Shown here in pieces: positions 59,801 through 64,000 of a DNA stretch of 64,000 bases (within the stretch, counting starts at the first letter, position 1; each line of letters begins with the position of its first letter). The notes under the pieces are model-generated. The model ran no database searches. It worked only from the letters and a program-made list of their open reading frames with translations, and was not told where the DNA came from. The position numbers and the translations under genes are program-made. Source of the DNA: a virus; IMG/VR virus record IMGVR_UViG_3300013114_000098; one strand, 5' to 3'.

Positions 59801-60380
59801 GAAAAACATTGTAATAGTAACGCCTGCTAGAAGCGGAAGTAGTTGGCTAGTCAGTTCGTTTGGTAGAGAAAATTATAACGAGCAACCTCTTAGTCTAAGT
59901 GAAACAAACAATGATAAGAAACTAAGTTTACAACAAAGAATAGATATACTAAACTCTAATAAGCCTTTTGTAACAAAAGTGTTTACTGATGAAATGATTG
60001 ACTTGGAATTATTAAAGGATGATGATGTTGAATTTATATGGTTGTATAGACGTAACCTTGTTGAACATTTTTTAAGCAATGTACTTGCTTGGCGAACACA
60101 AGTGTTTAATGTACACCAGCACGAATGGTACTGGCCTCCTACAACACTTAATATAACAGATGATGATTTAAATATATATGAGAACATTGTTAAGTGTCAA
60201 AAGAAAGCATATAAAAAATACAAGGATTGGTTTACATATGAAATTGCATACGAGGATTTGTTTACTAACAATCCGTGGAATTTCAAATCAACAGACGACA
60301 AGACTGTTAAGTTAAATCATTATTCAGATGAATGGATTGCGTTAGCAACTAATAAACTACAAGAGAGAAATATAATATGA
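59787..60380 (+). CDS. Sulfotransferase-like protein (Stf0-like)
   Basis: TPARSGSSWL PAPS-binding loop; LYRRN...S; YEDL. Confidence 0.7.
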   Translation: MLNGKKNIVIVTPARSGSSWLVSSFGRENYNEQPLSLSETNNDKKLSLQQRIDILNSNKPFVTKVFTDEMIDLELLKDDDVEFIWLYRRNLVEHFLSNVLAWRTQVFNVHQHEWYWPPTTLNITDDDLNIYENIVKCQKKAYKKYKDWFTYEIAYEDLFTNNPWNFKSTDDKTVKLNHYSDEWIALATNKLQERNII

Positions 60381-61567
60381 GACAAGTAAAAAAAGTAAAC
60401 GTATGCCGTAGTTGTGGTTACGATAACATGCCTACAGTATTTGATATGGGTGACTTAAAAATTAATGCATTTATGAAAGAGCCTAACACTGATGTAGGTA
60501 CTGCACCACTTACACTTGTGCATTGTCCTGAGTGTGACTTAATACAACTAGACCATACAGTACGTGAGCAAGAGTTATATGAAAACTATTGGTACTTGTC
60601 AAGACTAAACAAAAAGATTGTTGACAATTTAGAAAGCATTACTAAAGCAGTAACTATTAATGACGGAGATATTGTACTAGACATTGGTGCTAATGATGGA
60701 ACCCTATTAAGTTTTTATCCTGACACAGTTACTCGTGTTGGATGTGATCCTGCTAAAAATATTCATAACGAATTAGTTAAGCATACTGACATTATGATAC
60801 CAGACTTCTTTAATTGGGATAACTGGATTAGACATGTAGGTTTAACTCGTCGTGCTAATGTAATTACTACAGTAGCTATGTTCTATGACTTAGACGATCC
60901 TAATGCATTTGTGCAAGACATTGTTCGTGTATTAAGTAAAGACGGTGTGTGGCTATGTCAACTTATGACGGCTCGTCCTATGCTAGACAGTAACGACCTT
61001 GGAAATATTATACACGAACACATAGAGTATTACAGTTACAAGAGCTTAGTAACATTAATGGAAAGACATGGGCTTGAGATATATAAGGTACGTGAGAATG
61101 ATATCAACGGAGGTAGCTATCAGTTATTCATTAGACATTACAATACTGGCAGTGTAGACTTCCAAGAAGATATTAGTAGTGAACGTATCAGTGCTTGGGC
61201 AGATAACATTGCAACGAATCGTACAGACACTATGGAGTTTATTCATAGAGAAGTTGCTAATGGTAAAAAGATTTACATAATGGGTGCTAGTACTAAAGGC
61301 AATACTATTATGCAGTACTATGGATTAGATAGTGATACTATTACTGGAGCGGCTGAAATACATCCAGACAAGGTTGGAAAGTATTTAGTAGGAAGTAGTA
61401 TTCCTATTGTACACGAAGATGATGCAAAGAAAGATGCAGACTATTTTCTAGTGTTCCCATTTCATTTTAAAGAATTATTTGTAAACAAGATTATGAAAGA
61501 CTGGATAGCTGAAGGTGGACAACTAATATTCTGCACACCAAAGTTTGAGGTAGTTGGTAATGAGTAA
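60377..61567 (+). CDS. NDP-hexose C-methyltransferase
   Basis: CRSC/CPEC zinc site, LDIGANDG, HEHIEYYS, GASTKGN. Confidence 0.9.
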   Translation: MRQVKKVNVCRSCGYDNMPTVFDMGDLKINAFMKEPNTDVGTAPLTLVHCPECDLIQLDHTVREQELYENYWYLSRLNKKIVDNLESITKAVTINDGDIVLDIGANDGTLLSFYPDTVTRVGCDPAKNIHNELVKHTDIMIPDFFNWDNWIRHVGLTRRANVITTVAMFYDLDDPNAFVQDIVRVLSKDGVWLCQLMTARPMLDSNDLGNIIHEHIEYYSYKSLVTLMERHGLEIYKVRENDINGGSYQLFIRHYNTGSVDFQEDISSERISAWADNIATNRTDTMEFIHREVANGKKIYIMGASTKGNTIMQYYGLDSDTITGAAEIHPDKVGKYLVGSSIPIVHEDDAKKDADYFLVFPFHFKELFVNKIMKDWIAEGGQLIFCTPKFEVVGNE

Positions 61568-62282
61568 AATAGTATTAGCCACAGGTGGGTTTGATCCACT
61601 GCATGGTGGACACATAGAATACTTTGAAGCGTCTAAGAAGTTAGGTGACAAACTAATTGTAGGTATTAATTCTGATGAGTGGTTAGAACGTAAGAAGGGT
61701 AAAGCATTTATGCCTTGGAACGAACGTGTTAAAATTATAAACAACTTGCAAATGGTAGACGAAGTATTTACATTCATGGATGACGATGACTCTGCGATTA
61801 ACTTTATAAAACAAGTTAAGGCACACTATCCTGACGATCAACTAATCTTTGCTAATGGTGGAGATAGAACTGCAGACAACATTCCAGAAATGATATTTAA
61901 TGATGTTGAATTTGTATTTGGTGTTGGTGGTACTAATAAAATAAATTCTTCTAGTACTATTGGCAGGGTTCAAAGAAATTGGGGTTGGTACAAAATATTA
62001 TATAATGCAATGACTACAAAGGTAAAAGAATTACAAATAGAACCTGGACAGTCAATAAGTGTACAACGTCATTCTAAACGAAATGAATTTTGGTTTGTAG
62101 TTAAGGGAGAATGTACTGCAAATAAAGATGATAAGTCTGTTATACTAACAGCACACAAACAATTTACTGTACCAACTAATACTTGGCACACTTTATATAA
62201 TCATACAAACAAACCTTGTAACATAGTAGAAATACAATATGGAGAGTGTTGTGAGGAATCGGACATCGAACGTTTAGAATAA
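61560..62282 (+). CDS. Cytidylyltransferase fused to mannose-6-phosphate-isomerase-type cupin
   Basis: GGFDPLHGGH, FANGGDR, RNWGWY, SVQRHSKRNEFW, VEIQYG. Confidence 0.88.
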   Translation: MSKIVLATGGFDPLHGGHIEYFEASKKLGDKLIVGINSDEWLERKKGKAFMPWNERVKIINNLQMVDEVFTFMDDDDSAINFIKQVKAHYPDDQLIFANGGDRTADNIPEMIFNDVEFVFGVGGTNKINSSSTIGRVQRNWGWYKILYNAMTTKVKELQIEPGQSISVQRHSKRNEFWFVVKGECTANKDDKSVILTAHKQFTVPTNTWHTLYNHTNKPCNIVEIQYGECCEESDIERLE

Positions 62283-62293
62283 ATATAATTATA

Positions 62294-62893
62294 ATGATAG
62301 ATACTATAATATTTGACTTAGACGGAACGTTAGCAGACTGTAAAGAGTTACATCAGATTGCTTTCCGAGATGCTGTTATGGCATTATGCCCAACTGCAAA
62401 ATATGAAGACGAAGACATAGAAGGTAGACCAACACGTGAGAAGATACGTATACTACACACAATGGGTTATGAGTTTAACGGTGACAAGTTAAACGAGATT
62501 AAACAAGCACAAACACAAGACCGCTTAGAAGAATATGTGAAGTACAACGAACCGTTATGTAACGAAATGCTACGACTACAAAAGAAATATAAACTATGTT
62601 GTGCAAGTAATGCTACTGCTAATTTTGTACATAGAGCTTTAAAGATTATGCAACTACATCATAGAGGCGATGGGAATCAAGTGTTCACAAAGATTAATAC
62701 TGCTACAGACTTTCCAGCAAAGCCAGACACAACAACATTCTTTGATTGTATGCGTTGGACAAAGAGTACACCAGATAATACTATTATATTTGAAGATTCA
62801 ATTGTAGGTATACAATGTGCATTGGCTACAGGTTGTACAACTATACGAGTAGTTGATGTAGCACATACAATTGAAGAAATGAGGAAACTATGA
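62294..62893 (+). CDS. HAD-family phosphatase
   Basis: FDLDGTL, KP, FEDS..G motifs. Confidence 0.9.
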   Translation: MIDTIIFDLDGTLADCKELHQIAFRDAVMALCPTAKYEDEDIEGRPTREKIRILHTMGYEFNGDKLNEIKQAQTQDRLEEYVKYNEPLCNEMLRLQKKYKLCCASNATANFVHRALKIMQLHHRGDGNQVFTKINTATDFPAKPDTTTFFDCMRWTKSTPDNTIIFEDSIVGIQCALATGCTTIRVVDVAHTIEEMRKL

Positions 62894-63591
62894 AATTAAT
62901 AATGCCAATGGCAGGACTAGGCAGTCGCTTTACAGAACAAGTTAAACCTTTAATACCTGTAGGAGATGTTCCTATGTTTGTACATAGCGAACGTTGCATT
63001 GAACTAGACTTTGACGAACGTATATTTATTGTACGCAAAGAACATGATATTAAAGCAAGAGTTCTTGAATGGTATCCTGATGCAACTGTAATTGAATTAG
63101 ATTACTTGACAGAAGGCACAGCATGTACTATACTAACAGCACGTGAACATTATGAAGATGGTAGTAGTATCTTTGTTGCTAATTGTGATCAGCATATAGA
63201 ATGGGATAGTGATTGGGCTCAGGCTATAATTGATTCAGGTGTTCCTGGATTAATACCTAACTTTCATTGTCCAGGTGGCAGTAAGAAGTGGAGTTATGCA
63301 ATGGTAGACGATAGACAAAACATTAAACGTGTAGCTGAAAAGGATCCTATTAGCGAATGGGCAACTGTAGGTTATTACTATTGGAAAGACGGAAGACAAT
63401 TTATACAAAGTGTTGATATGATGATGGAAGCTAACGATAGAGTTAATAATGAATTTTATACTTGTCCAGTATACAACTACACATTAAAGATACCAGGCAT
63501 AGGTAATGTCAAACACATAGAAGTAGATGTTATGCAAGGTATTGGTACTCCAGAAGATTTAAAAGAATATGAAACAATTTATTGCACATAG
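62890..63591 (+). CDS. Sugar/alcohol-phosphate nucleotidyltransferase
   Basis: PMAGLGSRF..KPLI, TEGTACT, NCDQ, EKDPIS, GTPEDL. Confidence 0.88.
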   Translation: MKLIMPMAGLGSRFTEQVKPLIPVGDVPMFVHSERCIELDFDERIFIVRKEHDIKARVLEWYPDATVIELDYLTEGTACTILTAREHYEDGSSIFVANCDQHIEWDSDWAQAIIDSGVPGLIPNFHCPGGSKKWSYAMVDDRQNIKRVAEKDPISEWATVGYYYWKDGRQFIQSVDMMMEANDRVNNEFYTCPVYNYTLKIPGIGNVKHIEVDVMQGIGTPEDLKEYETIYCT

Positions 63592-64000
63592 AGGAAACAC
63601 AGAAGGTAAGCAACCTGAGTTTGAGAATACTATTGAATACTTAAACCACGCATATGATTTGTGTGGTGGTATTGAATGTGATATACGAACCTACAATGGC
63701 AAACTATATTACGGACACGACGAACCAATAGAGTTAGTAGATACAAATCTCATTAGACAATATCATTGGTTCTGTCATGCTAAAGATTTAGAATCCCTAT
63801 CAACATTAATAGCATTTGGAGCAAATACATTTTGGCATCAAAAGGATACAGTTACAATTACTACTAAAGGATACATTTGGTGTTACCCACACGTACATCT
63901 ACAAGACTCACACAGAGCTATCTGGACTGACTTTGATGATGAGTTTACTAGTATGGATCAGATTGGTGGGTGGGGATTATGCAGTGACCGTCTACCAACT
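63569..64000 (+). CDS. Glycerophosphodiester-phosphodiesterase-like protein (truncated by window end)
   Basis: Not in ORF track; MKQFIAHRGN...EN...IECDI...GHDEP...CHAK...FWHQ. Confidence 0.8.
   Translation, partial: MKQFIAHRGNTEGKQPEFENTIEYLNHAYDLCGGIECDIRTYNGKLYYGHDEPIELVDTNLIRQYHWFCHAKDLESLSTLIAFGANTFWHQKDTVTITTKGYIWCYPHVHLQDSHRAIWTDFDDEFTSMDQIGGWGLCSDRLPT

Noticed and set aside
1-64000. Stop-codon reassignment, inteins, diversity-generating retroelement, integrase, tRNAs
   Set aside because: Core genes are intact and of expected length in code 11 with TAA, TAG and TGA all used as stops; no reverse transcriptase, intein motifs, recombinase or cloverleaf seen

Overview
An AT-rich 64 kb segment of a large T4-like (myovirus) dsDNA phage, read in the standard bacterial code. 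Minus strand 1-16.2 kb: fibre/structural genes, head module (MCP gp23, scaffold gp22, protease gp21, acidic core protein, portal gp20) and two tandem tape-measure-like paralogues. 16.3-17.4 kb: gp26-like hub assembly gene with a probable -1 frameshift extension. 17.4-22.8 kb (minus): a long structured non-coding region, a GIY-YIG protein, gp46/gp47 and a gp55-like late sigma factor. 22.8-45 kb (plus): baseplate/tail operon (gp53, hub, gp5-like spike, degenerate lysozyme, gp25, gp6, 3464-aa wedge, fibre). 45-64 kb: dense accessory island of glycosyltransferases, three radical SAM enzymes and NDP-sugar tailoring enzymes. Late promoters (NNTAAATA) and host sigma70 promoters are visible. The most notable unexplained elements are (i) a ~500-nt promoter-driven structured RNA directly behind a stand-alone GIY-YIG gene, (ii) a ~186-nt stand-alone multi-helix RNA with possible kissing loops after the capsid gene, (iii) a lambda G/GT-like frameshift in the gp26-like gene, and (iv) a five-hairpin leader on a fibre gene. 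All product calls come from motif recognition and synteny, not database searches; RNA folds were paired by eye.
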